Positions 1-13,994 of a stretch of DNA of 64,000 nt are shown here, piece by piece. Below the pieces are notes generated by a model that saw only the letters and a program-made list of their open reading frames with translations, searched no databases and was not told where the DNA came from. Every line of letters starts with the position of its first letter. The first letter of the stretch is position 1. The position numbers were made by a program, and so were the translations under genes. Location: positions 79,086,820 to 79,150,819 of the forward strand of contig JARFYF010000112.1 of the NCBI GenBank assembly GCA_030265395.1, in the 5' to 3' direction. Source of the DNA: Rhina ancylostomus. Its lineage: Eukaryota.

Positions 1-999
1 TTCAATGAAAACTAATGGTAGTCTAATTACATTAATACCAGTAGGGTATTTGAGGTGAAATGCAGAATGAAAGCTAGTTTTACAGTCCATCTATACACTG
101 ATTTTATTAACCTTTTAGCCTTTTGCCTTTCGCAATCCTTGTACTTGTTTATCGATAGTAATGAATTATTATCAACAAAGAAAGCCAGGTAAGTAATACT
201 TTTCTGAGACTTGTTTTTTCCTCTTGGTTTAAGGTTTTATAATATTTAACATGATACCTATTCTCCAGATCTAATTTTTCACATATTATCTCTGCCCAGA
301 CTCTAGATAAACAAAAAATTGAAGGCCTACAGTTATCAATAAATCTAGGGATATTTATAAGACAAGATAAGATCATTTGGGTTGAAATCCATTCCGGTCC
401 CTTAGCTGAAAGCACAGAATACTAATCCATTTTATCACCTAATTCCATTCTTGTCCTATTATTTACACACATCATATCGGTAAAAAATAATTCTAAAAAA
501 GGTAGTGATCTTGCATTGGAAACTAACATTCTTAGAGACAAGAATTTGGAAGGAAAAAGAGGAGAAAGATTCAAATGGATGTAAACCTACTTACCATAAT
601 GCTTAATTTTCATTTATGTCCTGCAGCTAGATTCTGAAACACATCTGTGACCATGTTTTCCTTCCAGTCAGAGGTTGGCAGTTTATCAGTGACCTTATTT
701 TTGTAATGGTTCAGAACATTTTTTTACTCTTGATCAATTGTTAATTGCAAATTACTCTCGGGGGTATTTACTCAAAGTTGTTCCCAGAACATGCAGACTC
801 ACTTAATGGAAGTGCATTTTGGGTATTCAAGCATATATTGACACAATATTTTCTCCATCAATTCTAACAGATGGAAAATGGGACACACTTACTTGGAATA
901 TATTTGAATCTTAAATAAGGGAAACATGTTTTCTAAAACTGAAACCCTAACAAATGTGCATAAACTTCTTAGAATGGATGAGGTTGCCAGTCTCTGCAG

Positions 1000-1553
1000 T
1001 GGCAGAGTCACAGAATGGTTACATCTCAGCCCATCTGGTCTATGCAGCCCTTTACAAGTGAGTCCATCTCATCCCATTCCATTCCATTCCCCCACCGTCT
1101 CCCCATTGTTCTGCAAATCCTTTCCTTTCAGAACTTATCAGTTCTCTTTTGAACACAACTGAATCTGCCTTCAAAACTGACAGTAGTGCATTCCAGAACC
1201 GAATCACTCGCTATGCAATTTCTTTTTACCCTGATATCACTTTTCATTCTTTCACCAGTCACCTTCCTTCTATGCCCCCGAGTTCTAGACCTCTTTGTCA
1301 ATGGGAACAGTTTCTCTATCTCTATTCCCTTCATTATTTAAATACCTCTGTCAGATTACCTCATGTTCCAAGAAGAACAACTCTAGCTTCTGCCATCTAT
1401 CTATTGATCAATCTCTTCTACATCATCCCTAAAGCCATCAGGTTTTTCTGGAAGTCTGGTACAAACAACTGGACACAGTATTCCAGTTGTTTTATAAAGG
1501 GTCATCACGACTTCCTTGCTCTCGTACTTTATGTCTCTATCTGTAAAGCCTAG
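1000..1553 (-). mobile_element. Degraded CR1-like LINE 3' fragment
   Basis: Resembles the adjacent CR1 3' region (e.g. caaacaactggacacagtattccag); heavily decayed. Confidence 0.5.
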
Positions 1554-1555
1554 GA

Positions 1556-2830
1556 CATAGTCATAGAGTCACACAGCATGTAAACAGGCACTTTGACACA
1601 ACTGGTCCATGCCGACCAAGATGCCCCATCTGAGCTAGTCTCATTTGCCAGCATTTTACTTATAACCTTCTAGCCCTTTACAATCCATGAACCTGTCCAA
1701 CTGTCTTTTAAAAGTTGTTATTATACCTGCCTCAACCACTAACTCTCACAGCTCATTCCACATAAAATACCACCCTTTGTGTGTAAAAAAAAGTTGCCCC
1801 TCAAGTTCCTATTAAATCTTTCACCTCTCATCTTAAACCTATGCACTCTAGTTCTTGATACACCCACTCTGGGGGAGTAACACTGAGTGCATTCACCTTA
1901 TATATGCCCTCATGATTTTATACATCTCTATAAGATCACCTCTCAGTCTCCTGAGCTCTAAGGAATGAAGTCCTAGCCAGTCCTATCTCTCCCTAAAACT
2001 CAGTCCATCAAGTCCTGGCAGCATCCTTGTAAAACTTTCCTACACTCTTTCCAGTTTAATAACATCTTTTCTACAGCAGGGTAACCAGAGATGAACTCAA
2101 TACTCCAAGTGTGGCCTCACCAGCATCCTGTACAACTGCAACATGACCTCCCAACTTTTGTACTCAATACCCTGATTTATGAAGGCCTGTGTGTCAAAAG
2201 CCTTCTTCACCACCCTGTTTACCAGTGACTCCACTTTCAGTGAACCTTGTACTAGTACTCCAAGGTCCCTCTGTTCTACTACAATCTCCAGGGCCGTGCC
2301 TTTCATTGGGAAAGTCCTACCTGGATTTGACATTCCAAGATGCAACTCCTGAAACTTATCTGAATTAAACTCCATTTGCCACCCCTCAGCCCACTTACTC
2401 AGCTGATTAAGATCCCCTGTAATTTTTGATAACCTTCTTTATTGCCACTACAACACCTATGTTTATGTCATCTGAAAACTTACTAACCACGCCTTGTACA
2501 GTCTTATCCAAATCATTAATATAGATTACAAACAACAATGGGCCCACCCCCAATCCCTGAGGCACACCACTAATCACAGGCCTCCAGTCCAAGAAACAAC
2601 CTTCCACCATCATCCTCTGCTTTCTACCATCAAGCCAACTGTGTATCCAATTAGCCAGCTCTCCCTGGATTCCATGTGATCTAACCTTCCAGATCAGCCT
2701 ACCATTTGGAACCTTATCAAAGGCCTTACTGAAGTCAATATAAACCATGTTTACTGCCCCGCCCTCATAACGTTCTTACTCACCTTATCAAATAACTCAA
2801 TCAAGTTCATAAGACATGATCTCCCATGCT
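1556..2830 (-). mobile_element. CR1-clade LINE, 5'-truncated (RT C-terminal part and 3' tail)
   Basis: Frameshifted RT motifs VYIDFSKAFDKVP, SGVPQG..GPLLFVIYINDLD, KFSDD and LYRMLVRPHLEY (ORFs 2407..2748 and 2097..2375). Short tandem ctatgact tail near 1556. Confidence 0.9.
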
Positions 2831-3334
2831 TTCCTACTATACGCTTCTTATTCACTTTCTTAATCTGCCCTGCAACTGCATGTAGTAATGCACGTACCCT
2901 CAGAACTGTGTTCTTGTACCTCTTTGTGCCTTCCAGTTTATATTGGTTCCACTTATTCTCATCCACACCGCCATAACTTTGGTGCCCTTGACCTGGCTCA
3001 TCTCTCAGAACCACATCCAGCAATGCCATATTCCTTGTTGGCCCTGAAACATACTGATCAAGAAAGCTCTCCTGAACAAACTTCAGAAACTCTTTCCCCC
3101 TTTTTGTCCCTTATTTATCCCTATTGGTTAATTGCATCTGCAGTTCAGCAGCTTGTTTAATAAGCATTACTAATCTTGTACTCTGTCTTACTTTGGCTCT
3201 GTCTGTAAACTTTCCATTTCAGGGAGACTAACAGGGTTGGAAAAGAGAAAGGAAAAAACACTTCCCTTCCCGAATTCTATGAAATGAGTTAACTGAGGAA
3301 CAACTACAACTGAAGAACAATATCTGTGAAAATA

Positions 3335-3680
3335 AACTAAAGCATGGAATGGTGAAGTGATTAAGTTAGTAATCCAGTATCTTTAGCAATTAATCTGGAG
3401 ATCTGAGATATGAGTATAATTCCTGCCTTGGTACCCTGAGGGATTTAAATTCAAATTAATGAAGTAATCTAGAATTTAAAAATATCTGGTACACAGTGCA
3501 ACTACTGGCTTTTTGTAAAAATCCATGTGGTTCACTGAAGTCCTGTGGAGAAGAAAAGGAAATTTGAGTCTCTGTTCTTTCTGGCCTATGTGAGTAATTC
3601 CAGACCCACAGCAAAGTATTTGTCTTTTAACAGTCCTCAGACATAGACTGACCATCAAACCAATAATAAACATTATGACA
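3335..3680 (+). mobile_element. Old SINE (family A; related copies at ~7790, ~40945 and ~48875)
   Basis: Shares the core tggttcactga.gtcc...ggaaat...tctggccta...ccagaccc with reverse-strand copies elsewhere in the window. Confidence 0.55.
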
Positions 3681-4899
3681 GTAAAGCCAGAAAGACCACC
3701 AACATCAATTGAGAGATGGCAAAGTCACTCCCAGCCCTGTGAAACTTGCATGCTCCCCTCTCAGATATTTGGGGATTGTTATGTACTCAAGCAAGTCTTG
3801 TAACTACAGAATCATACCTTTTAGCCAAACTCCCATGTATCTATCATAGTTCCTGGGAACATTCCAGCTGGACAGACCCACCAAAATGGTTTATAGGGTG
3901 AAGGACTGACCTCAACAAGGTAACCTCCTGTTAATTAACACCCATCATCTTCCCTCAGCTGATAATTCAATAGTTCTCCATGTTGATCACCACTTGGAAG
4001 AAACATTCATAGTAGGAAGGGCACTGAATGTACTTTGTGCCGGGCTTCAGTCTCCATCATCAACTGTGGTTTCCAAGGACAATACCATTGGCCAAGCTGA
4101 CTGATATAGCTAATGCAGGTGCACAGCACTGATAAGAGTGGCCACCTCCCAGACTTTGTTTTGTATGACACTACCATCTTGCTAAAAATGACAGATGTGC
4201 CTTTCAAAACTAGGCATCAATGGAACAATATCAGCAGCTTTATTCCACTACAATCTGAAAATTCAGAGTCTGGAACATCTTTCACTCAGTAGGATCAAGC
4301 CAGGGAACAATAGAGGCTCAACAAGGCAGGTAAAGAGCATGCCAAGAGCAACCCAAAGGATGCCTGAAAGTGAAATGGCAACCTTGACAGTTGCTGCAGT
4401 CCTCAATGAAAGCAGCATGCAACAGATTTAAGTGAACCCATAACTAATGAATCAGATCAAAGTTGAGCTACACCTTGACATGAATTTTGGTTGCCTGATC
4501 AGTGGTGGCAGCTCCATGAATATCCTCATCTTCAACCATGGTAGAGCCAAGGAGAGCAAAATATCTGCAACTATATTCATCTTGAAATACTGGGAATAAT
4601 CTATCTTGGAGTTCCTTGCCACCATAGAAGACAGTCTTCAGCCAATTCAATTCACTCCACAACAAAAAAAAGGGGTAATATCTTTGGATATTTCAAAGGT
4701 TATAAACCTGGAAAATATCCTTACAGAAAACTTGTGCTCCAGTGCTTTACTTCAAGCTGTCTATGTGAGAACTTGGCCAAAGATATGCTGCCTACAAAAA
4801 GCCAGACAAATCTAACAAGTCTAATTAATGCTTCAATTGTGAATTTTCAATTATCACCAATTGAGGTAAGGTAAAAGTATCATTTCTATCAAGCTCCAC

Positions 4900-5686
4900 T
4901 AACTCAACACTATCTCTGATGCCTCCCTCGATCTTTCCATCTCCATCTCAGGAGATTCCTTATCCACTGACATCTACAAACCCACTGACGCCCACAGCTA
5001 CCTCAATTACAGCTCCTCCCACCCTGTCTCTTGCAAGGACGTTACCCCTATTTCTCAATTTCTCCACCTCTGCCGCATCTGCTCCCACAATGAGACTTTC
5101 CACTCCAGGACATCTGAGATATCCAACTTCTTTACAAACCGTGGCTTCCCCCTACTGTGGTTTACAGAGCTCACACCTGTATCTCTGCCATTTCCTGCAC
5201 CTCCGCTCTCACCCCCAACTCTCCCAGACCCAACAGGGATAGGGTCGCCCTTGTCTTCATATTTCATCCTACCAGCCTAAGTATCCGACACATCATTCTC
5301 TGCCACTTCTGCCATCTCCACTACCCCACAATGGGACCCCATTACCAAGTACATCTTCCCCTCCCCACCTCTTTCTGCCTTTCACAGGGACCTCTCTCTC
5401 CGCCACTCCCTAGTTTACTCCTCCCCTCCCCTCACCAATCCTGTTCCTACCCCCAGGAACTTTCCACTAGCCCCACCATAGGTGCAACACCTGCCCCTAC
5501 ACCACCTCCATCAACTCTATCCAGGGACCAAGACAGTCCTTTCAGGTGAGACAGGGATTCAACTGCAACTCCGTTAATATTATCTACTGCATTTGGTGCT
5601 CCAAGTATGGCCTCCTCTACATTGGCGAGACCAAACGCAGACTAGGTGACTGTTTCATAGAACACTTGCGCTCTGTCCATAACTGC
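4900..5686 (+). mobile_element. Penelope-like element fragment (RT thumb and GIY-YIG endonuclease)
   Basis: ORF 5546..5773 reads FNCNSVNIIYCIWCSKYGLLYIGETKRRLGDCFIEHLRSV, a GIY-YIG motif with Cys cluster. Upstream YKPTDAHSYL...SSHP is typical of Penelope RT. Frameshifted. Confidence 0.88.
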
Positions 5687-5734
5687 AGTCTGCAGTCTAT
5701 AACACCTACCTTTGTATCAGGCTACAATACACCT

Positions 5735-6062
5735 GGTCCCTTTATCCATGTCATTAATATAGGTTGCGAATAGTTGAGGTGCTGGCACTGATCCTGGTGA
5801 TCATCCCACCTTCTACTGATTAAAAATTTGAAAATGACCTATTTATCTTGACCCTTTGATAGTTAGCCGCTCTCCTATCCACACCACTATATTATCCCAA
5901 ACCCTGTGCATTTTAATCTTTAACCTTTTTATGTGGGACCTTATGGACTACATCTGGAAATCCAAATATACCACATTGGTTGGTTCCCCTTTATCTACCC
6001 TGTTGGCTGCATCATCAAAAAACTCCAGCAATATGTCAAGCATGATTTCATAAAACCATGTT
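5735..6062 (-). mobile_element. Degraded CR1 RT fragment
   Basis: Minus strand contains gtatatttggatttccagatg (YLDFQ) and a ..INDMD-like segment. Confidence 0.55.
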
Positions 6063-6071
6063 GATATACTG

Positions 6072-7005
6072 TATGACTTAGATGAGAGTATAGGTGGCCT
6101 GATTAGTAAGTTTGCAGATGACACAAAAATTGGTATAGTTTAAGATGGCGAAGAAGGTTGTTTAAGATTACAGAGGGACATAGTTCAGATGGAAAGTTGG
6201 GTGAGGCAGTGGCAGGTGGCATTTAATCCAGATAAGTGTGGTAATGCCCCTGGGAAAGTCAAATTCTAGTTGGACATATAAAGTAAATGTTAGGGACCTT
6301 AGGAGCGTTTGTATACAGAAGGACCTTGGGGTGCAAGTCCATAGCTCACTGTGAGTAAATACATAGGTGGATAGGGTAGTGAAGGCATTTGTTTTGATTG
6401 CCTTCATAGGCCAAAGCATTGAGTGTAAGAGTTGGGACATCTCGTTGCATCTGTACGAAACATTGGTTAGACTGCACTTGGGAGTATTGTGTACAGATCT
6501 AGTCACCACACAACAGGCTGGATGTTGTAGCAATTGAGAGGGTGCAGAAGAGATTCATCAGGATGTTGCATGGAATAGAGGGTTGTGGTTATAGGAGAGG
6601 TGGGGTTTATTCTCACTGGAATGTAGCAGGCTGTGGGGTAACCTCATGGAGGTTTATAACACTCTGAGGGGAATTGATAGGATAGATAGAGTCTTTTTTC
6701 CCAGGGCAGGGGAATCTAGAATGAGAAAACACCGGTTTAAGGCAAGAGGGGAGAAATTTAAAGATCTGGGGGGTAGGTTTTTCACACAGAGGGTGGTGAC
6801 TATCTAGTATGAGCTGCCAGAGGAACTGGCAGAAGCAGATACAATTACAACATTTTAAAGGCATTTGGATAGGAACTTAGATAGGAAAGGAGTAGGGGCA
6901 TATTGGCCTAATGCAGGTGAATGGGGTCAGCAATAGACAAACATCACGGTCATAATGGACAAGTAGGCTGAAGGAGCCCATTTCTGTGCTGTACGATTCT
7001 ATGAT
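6072..7005 (+). mobile_element. CR1-clade LINE 3' fragment
   Basis: agtaagtttgcagatgacacaaaaattgg (SKFADDTKI) followed by a CR1 3' region homologous and inverted to 1556-2480. Confidence 0.85.
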
Positions 7006-8181
7006 CCTGCTACCTTAAGAATGGATTCTCACATTTTTCCAAATATATATGGTTTGACTAACTGGCCTATAGCTTCCTATTTTCTGTCTTGAATAGTGGA
7101 GTTACATTTGCAAATTTACAGTCTTCTGGGACCTCTCCAGAATCCAAGGGCACTGCCATAACCACTGAAACATATAATATAAATGAACAATAAAAAAAAT
7201 CCTCTTCTTGACAGAAAAATACTATGTCAATGAAGCAAACTATCCTGAAAGGCAGAAAAGCACAGACATAATCAAAAGCAAGTTTTTACGCCAGTTAACA
7301 AAACTCAACCATAATCATAGGTGATCATTCAGACTGCTTAAAATTAGATTGAATTACTTTTTAATTTTGCTGGAGCACAAAGGAAAAGTCTTACATATAC
7401 CCACACCTAAAAATTTCTCTCATATACTAAAAAATACACTTTCACGCTGACCAAGGAGCAGATGGATGATAGTGAGAAGCAACCTTTAAGTTTACACCAG
7501 CCCTTTGAGAAAGCTGTCAAATTTACACGCCCCAGGTTTTCCCTTCAACATTGCAAATCAGTCATCTTCATCTACATGTTCAATTGCCTTCTTAGAAGTT
7601 GCTGTCAGGTCTGATTCCACTATTTTTTTTAAGGTCTAAGATTGTAATTGTTATTCATACACACAATAGGTGTGTCACTGGCAAGACCCTCTCATTAAGC
7701 TTGAGAGGATGTGGTAAAGTCTCTTCTTGAACTGCTTGCCAGTTAAGTGCAGATAAGCAATCAGTTCAGAGTTAGCCACATTATCATAGATTTGGATTTG
7801 CATCTGGTGAATCTGTAAGAACAGCAAATTTCCTTCCTTATAATGGAAACCAAAGTAAACCAAATGATTTTAAAAGCAACAGTTTAGTAGTTTTACAATC
7901 ACTATTACCACTTTTTTTATTTATTTGAATTTCTCCTCTTGCTCAGGTGGGATTTGAATTCGTTGTGGTGCATATTATTCAAGACCTTGGATTTATAAAT
8001 GTTGAAATTTCTCTTCATTTCCTCTCTAGTTTTTCTAAAAATTATGCCTTTCTATGAGATCTGCTTATTTACTTATTTGCTTGATTAAAACCCTGTTTAT
8101 TTTTGAATGTCAGCTCTGACAAAATTGGTAATAGTGAGTCAGAAGATTCAAGTCCCACTCAAATACAATGATCCAGCTAAC

Positions 8182-8592
8182 ACATTGTCTTGGAACCTTG
8201 CAGCCTAACAGCATGAACATTGAATTCTCCCACTTTAAGTAACCCCCACCCCCTCCTTGCCACTTCTTTTCTTCCTTTTCCTAGCCTCTCTGTTTTTTCT
8301 ACCCCTCCTTACCTTTGACCCATCCCCTGGTGGATCTGTTCTCCCCTCCTCCCCTGCACCTGCCTATCACTGTCTCTTACCTGCATCGACCTATCACCAT
8401 CTTGTGCCCAGCCCACGTGGCCTCTTTTGTCNNNNNNNNNNNNNNNNNNNNNNNTCACTGCTCTGCTTTTCCCTCCTATATATTGGGCTTCCCCTTTTCA
8501 TATCTTCAGTCCCGAAGAAGGTCTTGACCCGAAATGTTGACTGCCTGTTTTTCTTCACAGATGCTGCCTGGCCTGTTGAGTTCCTCCAGCCA
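8182..8592 (+). mobile_element. Penelope-like element 3' end (ORF end and 3' UTR/pLTR)
   Basis: LGTLQPNSMNIEFSHFK* followed by a pyrimidine-rich UTR, a hammerhead-like motif and the gatgctgcctggcctgttgagttcctccagc terminus shared with the palindromic elements. Confidence 0.7.
8507..8543 (+). ncRNA. Degenerate minimal hammerhead ribozyme motif (Penelope-associated)
   Basis: CAGTC-CCGAAGA-AGGTC TT GACCC-GAAA-TGTT-GACTG: 5-bp stem I, CUGANGA core with one mismatch, stem II, GAAA and a minimal stem III. Confidence 0.55.
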
Positions 8593-11500
8593 CATAGTAC
8601 TTTTCATTAACACATTGTGCAGTGCAGAGTGACTCTTGCAACCATTGAAGACACTGTCTTATGGCGGTGATAAAGAATCTAGCAATTGTCTTCTGGTTCA
8701 GGCAGATGTAACTAATCTCATGGAAATATTTGGAAGACAAGGGGAGTTATTACTGGTGTTTTGGGCAATATTCCTCTTAGAGACAACATCATTAAAACAA
8801 ATTATTTTCACACTGCTGTTTGTAGAAGCTCACTGTGCAAATACCTCTTTCTTGGTCAGATTTCCAACCTTGATCCTAACTGTTCTCACCATCCTTTTTT
8901 ATTATCATTTACTTTTTATATATTTATAAAAGGCTATGGGTTTTATTTTACGCTACCCACTATTTTTTCTCATTGTGCATCTTACATTTTTGAAATTTCC
9001 ATTAACCCTGCCTAGTTCTTGATTGCATCAGTGTCTAACATTTGTCATGTAGGCTTATCTCTTTTACTTTGATCTCAAATTGCTTTCTCCTGCACAAAGC
9101 TCCAGATGTGAAATCCTCACTCACATGGAACATGATTGGCCTAAATCCACAGTACTTCTGTCTTGAAGGTTTAAGGCTCATTATTTTTATTTTCCAACCA
9201 AACTTTCTTTCCAGTTCATCTGTGCTGGATTCCTTTACAACTCACTGTAATTTACTTTCTTGGAGTTCAATATTTTTTCCTTTAGGATTTCATTCTGTTT
9301 CTTTCTGTATCTGATTTAAACTTAAATATATTATGATCACTATTACACTAACACTCACTCCATTTGTCCTATTTTATTCCTCAGAACTAAATCCATTGTC
9401 AACTTTGTTAACCTTTGGGCTATTAGTTAATCATATTAATTGAGGAGGCTTTCCTTGAATACATTCTAAAAATGTTGCCCTTAGCATTGTTTAATCTTCT
9501 AGATAATATTAAGATAATTGAAGCCTCCTACTACTTTAACATTGTTATAATTAGATTTGTTGGAAATGTACCTGCTAGTTTGCTCAACTATCCCAATTAT
9601 CTCCCTACTCCACCCCTTCTGTTTTATCATCATCTTTCTCCCAGAATCTTCTCTTCATTTCCCGGGACTTGCACAGCAATCATTTCCATTTCCCACCCCC
9701 AATCTGTAGTCTAACACACTTCCTCCATAATTCCTCATGTCTCCAAAGGCAGGAGATCATGGAGGAGAGGACATTGTAGGTACTTGTACATGTGAGAACT
9801 ATTCCACTATGCACACTCCGAGCCTGTGAATGGTAACTTTCAGAGCCTTGTGGCTTTGCCCAAAATTGGTACAGGCTTCCTTTGCTGGTTTAACATGATT
9901 TTTAATACGCAGTACAATGCTATAACGATGCTTCTACTTATTATCACTGCACCTTCAGTAGCAAACTCAATTGTACTGTTCATGCTAACAAATGTTATGC
10001 AATTAGGGCATTAAAACAAAATATTTCAATGATTTGCGATGACTGGCATGATGGATATTAATATGGTACAAATATGTGGCTTTCATTAGTTCACAGGAAT
10101 AATTGTATTTTTAATTATCTTGTAACATCCTGCACAGCTGTTGCTCCATGCATTCTATTGCTCTGCTGTCACACATGAAATAATACACCTTTTATTTGGT
10201 GGTGGTTTAAACAAGTCTGTGATTATTGCCACTATTTGTACCAGTCAGTCATTGAAAGCATCCTTAAAATAAGGCCTGATCAAATTAATTTCTACTTTTC
10301 TAAGAGTAAGGCACATGAATTGAGTTAATTGAGTTCTTTTCCACAACACTGTTGATCCTATCTCTCCCTCATAGTTCAATGTAGGTCTTGCATGGGGATA
10401 TCTTATTGCATGTGTAGTTACAAGAATAGCAAAGCTGATCAGATATTTAGCTTATCAAAAATGCTATTGAAATAGTAATTGCTGAATGAGCTCGGCATTA
10501 TAATGAAGATTGTACCAGCATCTAGTGAATAAACTTGGAGCACAGTAATAGAATGATTTTCTATAAACATGAGAAACTTCAAATTACAGAATAATATGAG
10601 ACAGCCTGACATGTATGATATTCAAATTGGACTCAAATGGATAACCTTTAACTGCATTAAGCATCTTCAAAATAAGAATGCAAACTATACAATAGATATC
10701 ACTCAAAATACAACAATTTCTTAAAATATTGATATATTGCAACAATCTATTGAAACTAAGCTCTTACATAAATCTTGTTCTGTAAGGTAATTCAAAATAA
10801 AATTGCCATATTTTTAAGCAATCCATTGAACAATCTGCTTCAAAATACCAAACCAAAGATCTAAAATAAGGTAAAATAACATTACATTTAGAAAAGATTA
10901 AAGAAAAGAATGAAAGAGGAATGCTTAATAGGAATTATACACTATATTTGTTGGGATTTTTACATATGATGCAATGAAAGAACTGTAGAAATTATGTTGC
11001 TTCTCACGAAGGCTGGAATTTAAAATCAATATCTGAACCGTTATACTATATCTATTTTACTTTTTTTTTGGAAAAAAATATAATACTCACAGTGGAAAAA
11101 TATGCTGCACCCTTCGTTTGGCATGTCCCAAACAAATTACTCTGGAGTCTTCAAAGTCAATTTGTTCAGTTAGAACAAAGATCGTTTAATAAGGCTTGTT
11201 CTTTAAAAATAATGCACGTTGGATAGTTTTGGATTAAATCTGAGTGTTTCAATTAAACCCTTTGCACTCAGAAGCCAAAAATGTGTCTCTTTAAAATAGA
11301 AATGTCCACAGCTGATCAAGTCAATTGATTGAGTTCTAAAGATATCAACGGCACATATAATGGTTTGGGATATCAGCTGTATCATGAAAAAAATTAACAA
11401 TTTTCAAACCCCAAAGCCCCATCCAGGACATCATACCTAGTAACAGCTTAACCTCTTTGGAACAAACATGACCAAATGAGGCATCTCATTGGAATTTTGA

Positions 11501-13994
11501 ATTTCAATTAAACCATCAGAGTCAGAACTCGGGGCTCTAATTGCATATTCAGAATTAAGTGAAGGCATTCCACTGTCAGGTTAAGTTGTTGGGAGAGCTG
11601 GTGATTTTCTGTTAGTAATATGTAAAACATATGCATTTACATCAAGACCAGAGAAGAAAGACAAATCCTAACAGAGAAAAAAGAGATGTGGTAATTAAAT
11701 TGCATTATCCCTTTTTGTAGACCCACACAGATCCATTACAAGTGCAGAAATTCTGTTCACACTGCTATAAAATTTAAAAAGCTTTTTGATGGCAACAAAA
11801 TGGGGAGAAAGAACTGTCTTTTTCCCATTTTTGGACTATCCTTTACAATCCTTTACATGGATATTGTTGCAATATCTACCTATACGTGATGAGTAACTTA
11901 AATAATACATTTTTGGGAGAGTATTTGAATTTATCAAAGTGAGAGAAGAAAGTGCAGGAAAATATATCCTCTTAGCAATATACACCATGATTAAGAATGA
12001 AAATTTGGTTATTAAGGTTATATTCAGTATAGAATCTCTACTACTGTTAACTGCCAGTTTGAGAAGAACTTCACTACTGCATTACCAGGCCACTGTTTTA
12101 TCTTAATGTGCTCTCTGAGTGACGGTACCAACTGATGTTAACAACACAGTGGCAACTGATGCTAAATTAGTAATTCTCTTAAACTGAATTAGGGAACTTT
12201 TAATATTTTGATTGTCTTGAAGTCCAAGATTTTTTTGCAATTTTACTTGTGTTCATAAAACAAGAACCACACATTTTGGGATACCCTTTGTGAAAGTTTG
12301 TGAAAAGTTGAACATGGAAAAATTATTTTCCCTACTGTGGTGAAAAAGTTGGGTATGAACGGCAAGAAACCTGATTTCTTCCAACTTGAATAATTTCAGA
12401 TTGCCTTAGTGATTTATTTTGTCTCTGAATCATGTTTCTTGCTTGCATGTCTAAAATTACTGCCTTTAAAATTGTAAATTATATTTATTGATGCATGAGC
12501 ATTTACACTGCATGCAATTTTTAATTAATTGGTTTTACTCATATTTCTATATAAATGCAATACTTCAATATCATAAGAAAGCTTCAAGAAACAAGGGAAA
12601 GGACCTGAAGTTCATGGACAGAAAGTGAAATGATGGTCTAAGTCATGTTGATGTTTGCTAAATATGTTAATTTTCAGCTTTGCTAGAATTAATGCCAGTG
12701 GAAAAGTTAGAAGAGCATTGCATCTAACACATCTTTTTTAACTGTAACTTTATAGTTAATATCGATGAGAGTTTGGCCATTAAACATAGCACCACTGCCT
12801 ATCTGCACAAATTATGTAAATACTACGTGTGGATCATAAATGAATATGACTGAGCCATTGTTTGGAATTTCTGGAGGTTAGTTTTATGGGCCGTAGATAT
12901 ATTGCGAGAACTCTGTCAATAAACTATGTGTGGTATGTAGATGAAAATGGTATAATCACCCATATCCTTCATATGATTAAATATTTAAAATATTTTAAGA
13001 ATACTTGACCACTGTTTTGTGCAATAAGTGAGATATTATGGGTGACGACAATGAATGTTCCACTTTGATGCAATTTCACTTGCAAATATCTCTTCATGCT
13101 AGCATTTTTTGCCAAAAAAAATTATAAAATTAAAACCAAACTTAACCGCAGGGTAATTCACTCCATAAACACATCCTATCAAAATAAATGTCTCAGTATT
13201 TTTACCAGAATCTCAAAACGGAAACATCTTCTCCTTTGCTCTTCCGTTTTATCTAGAATCTATAGATACTTAAAGGCAAGACTGGCTCCGTCTGGCCTCC
13301 ATATTCTTTTCCCACATTTTCTCTTGTACCCTTTTTCATTTTTGGTAATGTACCCTGATCCTTCAGCTTACTTTCTGAATAACAGGATAAAAAATCTGTA
13401 CATTGCTCACCACAAAGTTAAAAATATCTTTTTGTTCCATTTAGCATTTTTATTCTGAGTGGTATCCATTTTACTTAGATTAGTTTAACTGGATTTTTTC
13501 ATTTCAGTTACAAACTTACTTGCGTTTAGTTGATCATAATTTGTTTAATGAGAACGTTACTTAATTTTTCAAGAGGTGGTTGAATCAAATGGTTTGGCTG
13601 CTCATGACTTATTGGTAGGTTAAAAAAACAAGGAATTCTAAAATCTCAAAACTTGTAAATTTCACTATTATCTTCAAGAACCTTATTTCCAAATGCAATT
13701 AAAAGTTAGGAAAGAGTGGTTTCCTTAAACCTCTGCCCATGAAGGTCTACAATGCAGGATACTGCAACCTGTAAATGAAATGAAGACAATGGAACAGATG
13801 GTTGAAAAATGAAAGCAAGCTAGAGAGAATGGTTTAATTAATGCAAACTCAAAATAAAAACCAAGACCGGCTTGGAGGTGCTCCTTAATGGTGCTGCTGC
13901 ATTTGTTTCTCAAGTTTTCCATTCAAGATGGAGGTTCTTACAAAATGTAGCATGATTCTGTTATATACACCGAACTGTTGACCGTAAAATGCGA

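Noticed and set aside
1-13800. Exon 12 (M3), the R/G site and flip/flop exons
   Set aside because: No SLSGRIVGG or SYTANLAAF coding sequence found; these must lie beyond the left edge of the window.
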